Part shown: piece after piece, positions 18,752 through 31,546 of the stretch
Position numbering within the stretch: position 1 is the stretch's first letter
Layout of the letters: the number at the start of each line of letters is the position of its first letter
NCBI GenBank assembly: GCA_002269645.1
Contig: NIVC01003194.1
Coordinates: 62,001 to 126,000, forward strand
From: Macrostomum lignano
Taxonomy: Eukaryota
Direction: 5' to 3'
DNA length: 64,000 nucleotides
Notes under the pieces: generated by a model
What the model was told of the DNA's origin: nothing
What the model saw: the letters and a program-made list of their open reading frames with translations, nothing else
Databases searched by the model: none
Made by a program: the position numbers and the translations under genes

Positions 18752-21700
18752 TGAGAGAGAGAGAGATAGAGAGAGAGAGTGAGAGAGAATTAATTCCCCG
18801 CGGGGGATTTGACACAAAACTTCTCTTGAAATCGAAGCCTAGGAAACTGATCGCCTGAAACCACAAAAAGTGCAATTTTGCCAGAGTCTGCTTCTCGGGC
18901 GGCTGCTTCAGTGCGATAAAATAAAAATGATGGTTATTGAATTCTCTGCCACCCATTTCATCCATTTAATTGCATTTTTACGATATCGATCCAGAGTCCA
19001 ACGCTCCGGGTTTTTGCTTCGCAGCTGCCTTCTTAATTCCGGAAAATAGCTATCTAAATCTAAACAGTCTGTGTCCATATGTGTCATAGGCCCCCATCTG
19101 TAAATTGGCGCCCTCATCTGTGGCGCCCCATCCATCCATACGTGGCGCCACTATCCATCCATAACTGTGGCGCCCCTATCCATCCATCACTGTGGCGCCC
19201 CATCCATAGCTGTGGCGCCCCTATCCATTCATCACTGTGGCGCCCCATCCATCACTGTGGCGCCCCCATCCATAACTGTGGCGCCCCCATCCATAACTGT
19301 GGCGCCCCTATCCATCCATCACTGTGGCGCCCCATCCATCACTGTGGCGCCCCCATCCATAACTGTGGCGCCCCCATCCATAACTGTGGCGCCCCTATCC
19401 ATCCATCACTGTGGCGCCCCTATCCATCCATCACTGTGGCGCCCCATCCATCATAACTGTGGTGCCCCCATCCATCCAAAACTGTGGTGCCCCCATCCAT
19501 CCAAAACTGTGGCGCCCCATCCATCACTGTGGCGCCCCATCCGTAACTGTGGCGCCCCATCCATCACTGTGGCGCCCCATCCATCACTGTGGCGCCCCAT
19601 CCATCACTGTGGCGCCCCATCCACCACTGTGGCACTCCCATCCATCACTGTGGCGCCCCATCCATCACTGTGGCGCCCCATCCATCACTGTGGCGCCCCC
19701 ACCCATCATAGCTGCGGCGCCCCTATTAGAAGAACTGTAGCGCCCCCATCCATTTCTGAATTCAGAGCCTTCGTCAAGACACAAATTATAAACCTAAAGT
19801 CACCCGGCTAACGGAGCAATGAATAACAGTATAAAAATCACACAAATATTTCAGTCGCTAGAGAAACCATACCCAGTCAAGCGCGAAGCTCCCAAACGAA
19901 CTGGATTTTTTATAATTCCTTCATTACCCAACTCTCACCCAATGCTCCCAAGCAAATGGATTTACTAATAATAATAGTAGACTCTAACGATATGACTGCA
20001 GGAGAAAGTGCAGATCAAGGAGGGAGAGATACAAGAGCCAGAGCTCAGCATCTGGGATCATCATCAGTAGCACGTTCTCCTATCATCAGCCTCTTCCCCA
20101 TGCGGCCCACCGGATCAAGTGTGACAGCTCCCAATTAGGGGAGAGAATGGGTTCGGTTGATTCCCCGTAATCCCAATCTGCACCGGGTAGGCTGTTCTCC
20201 TTCCCTCTTGGTGAGCACTGGTTCCCAGTTCCTGTCTTTTATTTGGCTTCTTCAACAATAATGGAGATTTACCTGACCATTTTCTGTTGAATTCGCAGCA
20301 ACTGAGCTGAAACTTATGGTTTTTAACTGAGGGAGTTAGAGTTCAGGCTCCTGGGGTGAAGCGTTACACCGCTGAAGCAACCCTGAGGTTGAAGGCAATT
20401 ATGGTAAACCTGACAACAATGAAGCGACCCCGAGGTCACGGAAGAAAAATTGTAATCAGGGAAATCCTGAAGCCTTATAAGCAACAATGAGGCCTTTAGA
20501 GTGACCCCGAAGTCATTAAGGCGACCCTGAAGGTCATAAAAGCGACACTGAAGTTATAAGGGCGACCCTAAGGTCATAAAGGCGATCCTGAGGTCATAAA
20601 GGCGACCCTGAGGTCATAAAGACGACCCTGAGGTTATAAAGGCGACCCTGAGGTCATAAAAACGACCCTGAGGTCATGAAGGCGACCCTGAGGTCATGAA
20701 GGCGACCCTGATGTCATAAAGGCGACCCTGAGGTCATAAAGGCGATCCTGAGGTTCAAAAGACGCTATGCGATCATAAAAGTGACCCCTGAGGTCATAAA
20801 GACGACCTTGAGGTCATAAAGGCGACCTTGAAGTCATAAAGACGACCCTGAGGTCATAAAGACGACCCTGAAGTCATAAAGGCAACCCTGAGTTCATAAA
20901 GGCGACCCTGAAGTCATAAAGGCAACCCTGAGGTCATAAAGGCGACCCTGAGGGCATAAAGGCGACCCTGAGGTCATAAAGACGACCCTGAGGTCATAAA
21001 GACGACCCTGAGGTCATAAAGGCGACCCTGAGGTCATAAAGACGACCCTGAGGTCATAAAGGCGACCCTGAGGTCATAAAGGCGACCCTGAGGTCATAAA
21101 GGCGACCCTGAGGTCATAAAGGCGACCCTGAGGTCATTAGGATGCCTCAACTTTCCGCCGCAGCAACATCGACACGCACGAGCTGTGCATCTACTTCACG
21201 GAGAGACTGGGCAGTCACGAGCCGGTGTTCGAATCGGCGGGTTCGCTCTGCCGGGCCGTGTCGGCCTCCGTCAAGTCGCTGGCCGAGACCCACGCCAGGA
21301 AGCCGCCCGCGGCGCAGTTTGTTGACCGGTTTCTGCTGCGCGAGATGTGCGCCCATCTGGAGGCTCAGCTGCAGGTTGGTAGTCTATTGCTTGATAGTCC
21401 ATGGCTGACATGATTTGATAGTCCATGGCTGAGATGAATTGATAGTCCATAGCTGACATGATTTGGTAGTCCATGGCTGACATGATTTGATAGTCCATGG
21501 CTGACATGACTTGATAGTCCATGGCTGACATGATTTGATAGTCCATGGCTGACATGATTTGATAGTCCATGGCTGAGATGAATTGATAGTCCATAGCTGA
21601 CATGATTTGGTAGTCCATGGCTGACATGATTTGATAGTCCATGTCTGACATGACTTGATAGTCCATGGCTGACATGATTTGATAGTCCATGGCTGACATG

Positions 21701-24700
21701 ATTTGATAGTCCATGGCTGACATGACTTGATAGTCCATGGCTGACATGACTTGATAGTCCATGGCTGACATGACTTGATAGTCCATGGCTGACATGATTT
21801 GATAGTCCATGGCTGAGATGATTTGATAGTCCATGGCTGACATGATTTGATAGTCCATGGCTGACATGATTTGATAGTCCATGGCTGACATGACTTGATA
21901 GTCCATGGCTGAGATGATTTGATAGTCCATGGCTGACATGATTCGATAGTCCATGGCTGACATGATTTGATAGTCCATGGCTGACATGATTTGATAGTCC
22001 ATGGCTGAGATGATTTGATAGTCCATGGCTGACATGATTTGATAGTCCATGGCTGACATGATTTGATAGTCCATGGCTGACATGACTTGATAGTCCATGG
22101 CTGAGATGACTTGATAGTCCATGGCTGAGATGACTTGATAGTCCATGGCTGACATGATTTGATAGTCCATGACTGACAAGATTTGATAGTCCATGGCTGA
22201 GATGACTTGATAGTCCATGGCTGAGATGATTTGATAGTCCATGACTGACAAGATTTGATAGTCCATGGCTTAGATGACCCTAACCGACCCTCCCAGGTGT
22301 TGCGCAACGCTCATGAGAGTCTGTGCCGACGTGCCCGCGAGTCCGCCTCATCAGCCGCGGGGCAGTCAGCCATGCCAGACGGTGGCCCAGCCGCCTCCTC
22401 CGTGATGATGCCGCCAACGCCGCAGTCGCCGCCACCACCACCACCGAGGCCGCCACCACCGGCCGGGTCAGAGCATCATCAGCAGCATCAGCAGCATCAA
22501 AATCAAGTAAACAAGCACCATCAGTCTCCGTCTCGAAGTCAGGAGCCGCTGAAGTCGCGTCCTCAGCAGCAGCAGCAGGCGCCGCAGTCGCCAAGAATCG
22601 TGGACGGCAGCGTGGACTCGGGTCCCGGAGACCTGGACCTGGACGGCTGCCTGCACTGGGAGGTGGCGCGGCTGCAGCGGCTGCTGGACCGGCTGGAAAG
22701 TCGGACAGCTCTGGTCACCGGGCGGACACGAATTGAGGAGGCTGTGCTGGATGAGGATGAAGCCATGGTGAGGCCCAGAAACGAGGTGTACATACAGGCT
22801 GCTCATACAGGGTGTAGTCGTTGTAGAGTCAGACCGCTGATCTTCTACGTACTTTGGTCTTTGACCAATGTATCGAGAAAGGCGTACAGGTGTAACGTGA
22901 GAAGCAGCAGGTGCTGGGGGCGATCTGCTGCATCATCCCCCAGTCTGCTCAAATCGATCGAGTCTGCTGAAGCAGCGGCTCACATCCTTTGAGCCAATAC
23001 AGGGGACATGAGGGAAATATTTCCCAATCATCTATTTCCCATTTATTCCCCTGCAACCTGTGCGGGGCACAGTGCCGGGTCACAGACACGGGTATTTAAT
23101 AATCATATATGCGACATCAAAGCTGCAGAGTGGATTTGCAGCAGGGAGTGCAGGGTGGCTGCTGGCAAAGCGCCCGGACTGCAATGGAAAACATTGGGGA
23201 TCGTAGGTGATGGGGGGTGCAGAAAAGTGCGCCTCTTGAACCTCCATTGCGCGCGCGCTCTCCCTCTGTCCCTCTCTCTCTGCATCTAGCTGGGTTGGAA
23301 AATTCTAACCCAGCGTTGCCTCAGTCTCCCTTGTGCATTTTCACTGGTGTGACTGTGCTTGTGTGTGTGAGTTCAGCTAGCATGAGCAGTGCATGCGGGG
23401 CCGCAAGCAGAGAACTCAGCTCAGAGAAAATTGAGGAATAAATCTCCCATGAGGCTGGTTAGGGGGAGCATGGGGATTTGAGATTGTGCTGAAAGAAGTA
23501 TGTGACGCCTCAGTGAATGGTTTCCCTTCTTCTGCAGTAATCCCGTTAGCTCAAATGGCTCAAGCTCAAAAAGGTTCTCTCCTACATGTTTTAGATAGCC
23601 GAATAGCAAATGGGAATTAAGTCAGTCAGTCAGTCAGTCAGTCAGTCAGTCAGTCAGTCAGTCAGTCAGTCAGTCAGTCAGTCAGTCAGTCAGTCAGTCA
23701 GTCAGTCAGTCAGTCAGTCAGTCAGTCAGTCAGTCAGTCAGTCAGTCAGTCAGTCAGTCAGTCAGTCAGTCAGTCAGTCAGTCAGTCAGTCAGTCAGTCA
23801 GTCAGTCAGTCAGTCAGTCAGTCAGTCAGTCAGTCAGTCAGTCAGTCAGTCAGTCAGTCAGTCAGTCAGTCAGTCAGTCAGTCAGTCAGTCAGTCAGTCA
23901 GTCAGTCAGTCAGTCAGTCAGTCAGTCAGTCAGTCAGTCAGTCAGTCAGTCAGTCAGTCAGTCAGTCAGTCAGTCAGTCAGTCAGTCAGTCAGTCAGTCA
24001 GTCAGTCAGTCAGTCAGTCAGTCAGTCAGTCAGTCAGTCAGTCAGTCAGTCAGTCAGTCAGTCAGTCAGTCAGTCAGTCAGTCAGTCAGTCAGTCAGTCA
24101 GTCAGTCAGTCAGTCAGTCAGTCAGTCAGTCAGTCAGTCAGTCAGTCAGTCAGTCAGTCAGTCAGTCAGTCAGTCAGTCAGTCAGTCAGTCAGTCAGTCA
24201 GTCAGTCAGTCAGTCAGTCAGTCAGTCAGTCAGTCAGTCAGTCAGTCAGTCAGTCAGTCAGTCAGTCAGTCAGTCAGTCAGTCAGTCAGTCAGTCAGTCA
24301 GTCAGTCAGTCAGTCAGTCAGTCAGTCAGTCAGTCAGTCAGTCAGTCAGTCAGTCAGTCAGTCAGTCAGTCAGTCAGTCAGTCAGTCAGTCAGTCAGTCA
24401 GTCAGTCAGTCAGTCAGTCAGTCAGTCAGTCAGTCAGTCAGTCAGTCAGTCAGTCAGTCAGTCAGTCAGTCAGTCAGTCAGTCAGTCAGTCAGTCAGTCA
24501 GTCAGTCAGTCAGTCAGTCAGTCAGTCAGTCAGTCAGTCAGTCAGTCAGTCAGTCAGTCAGTCAGTCAGTCAGTCAGTCAGTCAGTCAGTCAGTCAGTCA
24601 GTCAGTCAGTCAGTCAGTCAGTCAGTCAGTCAGTCAGTCAGTCAGTCAGTCAGTCAGTCAGTCAGTCAGTCAGTCAGTCAGTCAGTCAGTCAGTCAGTCA

Positions 24701-27700
24701 GTCAGTCAGTCAGTCAGTCAGTCAGTCAGTCAGTCAGTCAGTCAGTCAGTCAGTCAGTCAGTCAGTCAGTCAGTCAGTCAGTCAGTCAGTCAGTCAGTCA
24801 GTCAGTCAGTCAGTCAGTCAGTCAGTCAGTCAGTCAGTCAGTCAGTCAGTCAGTCAGTCAGTCAGTCAGTCAGTCAGTCAGTCAGTCAGTCAGTCAGTCA
24901 GTCAGTCAGTCAGTCAGTCAGTCAGTCAGTCAGTCAGTCAGTCAGTCAGTCAGTCAGTCAGTCAGTCAGTCAGTCAGTCAGTCAGTCAGTCAGTCAGTCA
25001 GTCAGTCAGTCAGTCAGTCAGTCAGTCAGTCAGTCAGTCAGTCAGTCAGTCAGTCAGTCAGTCAGTCAGTCAGTCAGTCAGTCAGTCAGTCAGTCAGTCA
25101 GTCAGTCAGTCAGTCAGTCAGTCAGTCAGTCAGTCAGTCAGTCAGTCAGTCAGTCAGTCAGTCAGTCAGTCAGTCAGTCAGTCAGTCAGTCAGTCAGTCA
25201 GTCAGTCAGTCAGTCAGTCAGTCAGTCAGTCAGTCAACTCTCTAGCGTGTCCTCTCCCTCATCACACCCCCTGACTTCATTCGCTTTTGAGCCCAGAAGA
25301 AAATTGGACTGCCGCTACACTAATTAGCGCCAGAGGAGAGGCATGCAGCCAGCATGGATTCCTACCGCCAGCTTTGAGCATTTCGGCTTTTTTCTCAACT
25401 CGTCGAGTCGATGATGAGGGAGCGCGTTAGACAGAACTCTAAGTGTAGCTGGGAAGGGACTTTTAGGGGACTAATGATGGGGGACTTTAGAGCATACACA
25501 GTCGCTAGTTTTGCAAGCGATAATGCATGGTCAAAGAGGAACTTTTCAACCACAGCAGGCGTACACGTGTACGCCTTTCCACATCTCAGAGGGCAGAGCA
25601 CATTTGCAAATCATTCAATTCACTTTCTTCTCACTTAACCTGCTGTAAAAGTTACAGCTGCATTTCCGCGCACTTGTCCTCACCTCAGCCTCCCCCCCCC
25701 CTTTCATCGCAGATCCTCATCGTGCGCCGCCGGCTGGCAGTCCAGGAAGAGCAGCTGGCCTCATTTCTGTCCGCCGTGAGGAAGTACTCGAGCCAGCTTG
25801 AAGGTGTCACATCCTGCCTCTTGTAAGTCGCGCGTGTGGACGCTTCGTTTGACCTGCCATGCCCGCATGTGCATGTATCTGTGTTCTCATCTCCGTGTTC
25901 TCCCTCCTCCTTCATCTGCCAGCTCTCATTCTCTCTTCCCCTAATCCCCTTCATCCGGGTTGTCGATACAATTGAACAAGAAAAACAAGAGCCTATCTGC
26001 TACATGTAGCTTGTAATTTTTGTGTCGGGGGGCTTTTTTGGAGGGTAGAGGGGGTAGGAAGGGAGAGAGCGGAGACGAATCTTGAGCTTAAGATGAGCAC
26101 TGCAATTTCTACTGCATGCATGTATTCACCGGGGTTGAAATGTGAGTCAGTTGATTAATGCAGACAAGTCCTGTGCCGTATTGTGCTTACATGTATGCAT
26201 GCTTTGACAGAAGGGACACATTAGGTACTAAATATTAGAGTTGCCTTTAAGGTGTACATTACGTACTTCAGTAGATAAAGGTTTTAGAAGCGAGTTTTCG
26301 GTGGGCTATGAGGTAGATAGCTTGAGTTTGCAGTGGAGTGTGAGGTAGATAGCTTGAGTTTGCAGTGGAGTGTGAGGTAGATAGCTTGAGTTTGCAGTGG
26401 AGTGTGAGGTAGATAGCTTGAGTTTTCAGTGGAGTGTGAGGTAGATAGCTTGAGTTTGCAGTGGAGTGTGAGGTAGATAGCTTGAGTTTTCAGTGGAGTG
26501 TGAGGTAGATAGCTTGAGTTTGCAGTGGAGTGTGAGGTAGATAGCTTGAGTTTGCAGTGGAGTGTGAGGTAGATAGCTTGAGTTTGCAGTGGAGTGTGAG
26601 GTAGATAGCTTGAGTTTGCAGTGGAGTGTGAGGTAAATAGCTTGAGTTTGCAGTGGAGTGTGAGGTAAATAGCTTGAGTTTGCAGTGGAGTGTGAGGTAG
26701 ATAGCTTGAGTTTGCAGTGGAGTGTGAGGTAGATAGCTTGAGTTTGCAGTGGAGTGTGAGGTAGATAGCTTGAGTTTGCAGTGGAGTGTGAGGTAGATAG
26801 CTGGAGTTTGCAGTGGAGTGTGAGGTAGATAGCTTGAGTTTGCAGTGAGTTGTGAGGTAGATAGCTTGAGTTTGCAGTGAATTGTGGGGTAGATAAATGA
26901 GTTTGCAGTGGGTTTAGGGAGATGGTTCTTGTATTAGGAGTGAGCTATGCAGAAGCAAATTAACCAGGGGCTTATAGCAGATACGGCCTAACAATGCCAG
27001 ATGATATCGCACAGCATCAACCCCCCCCCCAGCATGATGTATTGATTACTATCCCTGGGCAAAGCTCGCATGCGGAGCAGTTGGGATTAATATACAATCC
27101 TGTCAGGATCCTTTATGAAATTTAGAACATACTGGCACCAAATCTCCCACGTGAACAATAGAAAATCGCAATTACTCATTGACGCGTGCAAAAACATACA
27201 TTTTATGTATGGCTTTGATGAAGCTTAAGTTAACTGGGTTCTGCATGACAGAGTTTTCATGCATCTTAGGCAGTTATAAGGTGTATCCCCAATCGCTATA
27301 TAACCTGGATAAACAACATTAGCTATAAGTCAGGTTGGCAGTAGCTAGTCCTGCGCCAGATAACAGGGGCCAACATATTCATATATGCTCGGACTCTTCA
27401 AGACCAGAGTCTCTGGCTAAGCTCTCAGCTTCTGTATTATTCATAGTCTTTTTCTTTGACTTAGCCCTGATGAGGTCGCAGAGAGCCTCCTTGTCTCTGT
27501 CAACAGCCGCCCCTGGAGCCAGAAGTTTATTTGAGTAATTGCCTCAGCCAGGAGGCTCCATTGCTCTCTGTGAAAGAGAAACTTGAAATACAGTAGCCCT
27601 ATAGCAAACAAAAATAGCACCTAGCCCTGGCAATTATCCATTTGAAGCAATAAATACAGCAAATGTAAATACCCATAGCAACCATAAAATAGCCCTAGCA

Positions 27701-30399
27701 ATCATAAATAGCCCTAGCAACCATAAATATCCCTAGCAACTGTAAATACCCTTAAACAACCAAAAATTCCCTAGCAACTGTAAATATCCCTATCAACCAT
27801 AAAAAGCCCTAGCAACCAAAAATTCCCTAGCAACTGTAAATATCCCTAGCAACCATAAATAGCCCTATCAACCATAAATAGCCCTAGCAACCATAAATAT
27901 CCGTAGCAATTGTAAATATCCCTATGACCCATAAATATCCCTAGCAACTGTAAATACTCTAACAACTACAAATTCCCTAGCAACCATAAATATCCCTAGT
28001 AACCAAAAATAGCCCTAGCAACTACTCGTACAAATCCCTAGTAACCGTAATTGGGGAAAATGGAAAACCAGGATCATACGTACTAACCATAATTATCTTT
28101 TTACACACAAATCCATCCATCACTCCCCAACTCAGGCTGAGCATTCGGCAATACCGATCCACGGGCTCCGTCACCCTCTACGAATTCTGGGAGTCGCTGG
28201 GCAGCTGGAGAAAATTTCTGCCCAGCCCAGTCAGCCGGGACCTTCGCCGAGCTCTGGTGGACTGCACAGATGCGCCCGAGAGCACCGACACCATGCTCAT
28301 GCCTTGTGAGTAAAAAGTAACAGAGGCATACCGTCGTTTTCTTGTGTTCCAGAGGTCCTGGGTTCGATTCCCAGTGTCTCTGAGTTATTGTATTTTCGAT
28401 TTGAACTCCCACGATTCATGATTCCTTGAATTCCCCGACGAGATTACCACGCAATATTCTATTTTCTATGGAAAATTCCCCGAATTCTTCAATGGAATCT
28501 CCCCAGATTCTCCGACACGATTCCTCAGATTCTCTTGAATAATTCCCTAGCCTCCTAAAATATTCCCCGGATTCTCAATAAAGATTCCCCAGATTCTCCT
28601 AAATAATTTCCCAGATTCTCCTGAATGATTCCTCAAATTCTCATTAAAAGATTCCCAACATTCTCATAAAAGATTCCCTGGACTCGCATAAAAGATTCCC
28701 CGGTTTCTCATAAAAGATTCCTAAGATTCTCATAAAAGATTCCCTGGATTCGCATAAAAGATTCCCCGGATTCTCATAAAAGATTCCCTCGATTCTCATA
28801 AAGATTCCCCGGATTCTCATAAAAGATTCCCAAGATTCTCATAAAAGATTCCCAAGATTCTCATAAAAGATTCCCTGGATTCCCAAGATTCTCATTAAAG
28901 ATTCCCCGGATTCTCATAAAAGATTCCCAAGATTCCCATAAAAGATTCCCTGGATTCCTATAAAAGATTCCAAAGATTCTCATAAAAGATTCCCCGGATT
29001 CTCATAAAAGATTCCCAAGATTCTCATAAAAGATTCCCTGGATTCCTATAAAAGATTCCCAAGATTCTCATAAAAGATTCTCCGGATTCTCATAAAAGAT
29101 TCCCCTGATTCTCATAAAAGATTCCCAAGATTCTCATAAAAGATTCCCCGGATTCCCATAAAAGATTCCCAAGATTCTCATAAAAGATTCTCCGGATTCT
29201 TATATAGAAGATTCCCTGGATTCCCATAAAAGATTCCCAAGATTCTCATAAAAGATTCCTAAGATTCTCATAAAAGATTCCCTGGATTCCCATAAAAGAT
29301 TCCCAAGATTCTTATAAAAGATTCCCCGGATTCCCATAAAAGATTCCCAAGATTCTTATAAAAGATTCCCCGGATTCTCATAAAAGATTCCCAAGATTCT
29401 CATAAAAGATTCCCTGGATTCCTATAAAAGATTCCCAAGATTCTCATAAAAGATTCCCCGGATTCTCATAAAAGATTCCCAAGATTCTCATAAAAGATTC
29501 CCTGGATTTCTATAAAAGATTCCCAAGATTCTCAAAAGATTCCCCGGATTCTCATAAAAGATTCCCAAGATTCTCATAAAAGATTCTCCGGATTCTCATA
29601 AAAGATTCCCCGGATTCTCATAAAAGATTCCCAAGATTCTCATAAAAGATTCCCTGGATTCCCATAAAAGATTCCCAAGATTCTCATAAAAGATTCTCCG
29701 GATTCTCATAAAAGATTCCCCGGATTCTCATAAAAGATTCCCAAGATTCTCATAAAAGATTCCCTGGATTCCCATAAAAGATTCCCAAGATTCTCATAAA
29801 AGATTCCCCGGATTCTCATAAAAGATTCCCAAGATTCTCATAAAAGATTCCCCGGATTCTCATAAAAGATTCCCTGGATTCCTATAAAAGATTCCCAAGA
29901 TTCTCATAAAAGATTCCCCGGATTCTCATAAAAGATTCCCAAGATTTTCATAAAATATTCCCCGGATTCTCATAAAAGATTCCCAAGATTCTCATAAAAG
30001 ATTCCCCGGATTCTCATAAAAGATTCCCCGGATTCTCATAAAAGATTCCCCGGATTCTCATAAAAGATTCCCAAGATTCTCATAAAAGATTCTCCGGATT
30101 CTTATATAGAAGATTCCCTGGATTCTCATAAAAGATTCCCCGGATTCTCATAAAAGATTCCCTGGATTCTCATAAAAGATTCCCCGGATTCTCATAAAAG
30201 ATTCCCAAGATTCTCATAAAAGATTCTCCGGATTCTTATATAGAAGATTCCCCAGATTGTCCTGAAATCGCATATGAATTCGGAATCTGCAGAATTCGCA
30301 AAACTACCTGAACATTTCCGAAGTAATAAATCACTCAAACATGCACCCCCTCGCAATGAATAAATTTCAGCGAGCTGGTGGAAGAACATGGATCACTGA
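18108..30399 (+). CDS. NECAB: N-terminal EF-hand calcium-binding protein (NECAB) with C-terminal ABM-like domain; join(18108..18192,18304..18412,21164..21374,22297..22767,25713..25822,28136..28305,30371..30399), 394 aa
   Basis: IFRRADKNDDGAISWTEF, FNEIDSHNTNNIDTHELC, QFVDRFLLRE, EVARLQRLLDRLE, ILIVRRRLAV, TLYEFWES, TMLMPSSWW* follow the NECAB architecture. All six introns are GT-AG with matching phases. A possible 17-nt 5'UTR exon lies at 17972-17988. Confidence 0.9.
18715..18790. repeat. (GA)n microsatellite
   Basis: Direct inspection. Confidence 0.9.
19085..19750. repeat. Tandem array of about 20-25 bp, NECAB intron 2
   Basis: Unit about CTGTGGCGCCCCATCCATCA with length variants. Confidence 0.93.
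20500..21137. repeat. 20-bp tandem array, NECAB intron 2
   Basis: Unit GGCGACCCTGAGGTCATAAA, ending about 25 nt before the 21163 acceptor. Confidence 0.95.
21390..22270. repeat. 24-bp tandem array filling NECAB intron 3
   Basis: Unit GATAGTCCATGGCTGACATGATTT; explains the MDYQIMSA pseudo-ORF. Confidence 0.96.
23621..25236. repeat. Perfect (CAGT)n microsatellite, about 1.6 kb, NECAB intron 4
   Basis: Uninterrupted GTCA repeat of about 400 units; explains the 554-aa SQSV pseudo-ORF. Confidence 0.98.
26310..26910. repeat. 32-bp tandem array, NECAB intron 5
   Basis: Unit GTGTGAGGTAGATAGCTTGAGTTTGCAGTGGA. Confidence 0.96.
27590..28050. repeat. Degenerate tandem array of about 19 bp
   Basis: Unit about CCCTAGCAACCATAAATAG. 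Confidence 0.85.
28322..28381 (+). pseudogene. Degenerate tRNA-like fragment (acceptor stem and T-arm intact, D/anticodon region shortened)
   Basis: AGAGGCA pairs with TGTCTCT (7 bp, one G-T). AGGTC is followed by a perfect T-arm CTGGG-TTCGATT-CCCAG. Only about 60 nt; no anticodon arm found. Confidence 0.45.
28480..30260. repeat. 22-bp tandem array, NECAB intron 6
   Basis: Unit AAAGATTCCCAAGATTCTCATA / AAAGATTCCCCGGATTCTCATA. Confidence 0.96.
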
Positions 30400-30819
30400 T
30401 GGTATTGACAGCCAGCTGTTATAAACGGGGACTAACAAAGCCACACGCAGTACCGAACACACAAATTCAATTATAACAGTTTTACACATTGCTTGCTGCA
30501 CAATGTATTGCCGAAATTTATAAACACTGTTGAAAGTTTAATTCTTTTATTGCTTCATACATGTAGAAGTTCATAGAAGTCAAATTAGTTAGTTTATTAT
30601 TAAAATTAAATAAACGCTATATTACAACAAATAGATTATAAAAAAGCGTTCGGTGTTGTAAAACACACACAATAATAACTGAATTTCACTGTAATAACTA
30701 TCTTTATAGTGAGAATCTCATTTATCAATACCGAATTTGATCATTTATGGAATAAAACGTCTTAACAATTAATCCCTAATTTTGGCCCTCCAAAGATATT
30801 ATCCGAATATTTCATCTAG

Positions 30820-31460
30820 TTTCTCCCTGACTCTCACCCTTCTCTCTCTCCCTTTCGTCTCTCCCTGACTCACACCCTTCTCTCTCTCCCTGACTCTCAC
30901 CCTTCTATCTCTCCCTGACTCTAACCCTTTCGTCTCTCCCTGACTCTCACTCTTCCCTACCGACCTGACTCTCACCCTTCTCTCTCTCCCTGACTCTCCC
31001 TGACAGGGTCAGTCTCTCCCTGACTCTCACCCTTCCCTACCGAGCTGACTCTCACCCTTCTCTCTCTCCCTGTCTCTCACCCTTCTCTCTCTCCCTGACT
31101 CTCACAGGGTCAGTCTCTCCCTGACTCTCACCCTTCCCTACCGAGCTGACTCTCACCCTTCTCTCTCTCCCTGTCTCTCACCCTTCTCTCTCTCCCTGAT
31201 TCTCACCCTTCTCTCTCCCTGACTCTCACTCTTCTCTCTCTCCCTGACTCTCACCCTTTTCTCTCTCCCTGACTCTCACCCTTCTCTCTCTCCCTGACTC
31301 TCGCCCTTTCGTCTCTCCCTGACTCTCACCCTTCTCTCTCTCCCTGACTCTCACCCTTCTCTCTCTCCCTGACTCTCGCCCTTTCGTCTCTCCCTGACTC
31401 TCACCCTTCCCTACCGATCTGACTCTCACCCGGCCTCTCTCTCTCCCTGACTCTCACTGG
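30820..31460. repeat. Pyrimidine-rich array of about 25-27 bp between the convergent NECAB and PMVK ends
   Basis: Unit about CTCTCCCTGACTCTCACCCTTCTCT. Confidence 0.92.
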
Positions 31461-31546
31461 GAGTTATAGAGTTAGAAAGTATATAAAAAGGAAAAAATGC
31501 ACCACTATAGAAAATTCAAAGACAAGATAAGTCTCCAATCAATGTA

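Noticed and set aside
21271-22307. 331-aa and 307-aa periodic ORFs
   Set aside because: 24-bp array inside a phase-consistent NECAB intron.
23610-25274. 554-aa SQSV ORF
   Set aside because: Translation of (CAGT)n.
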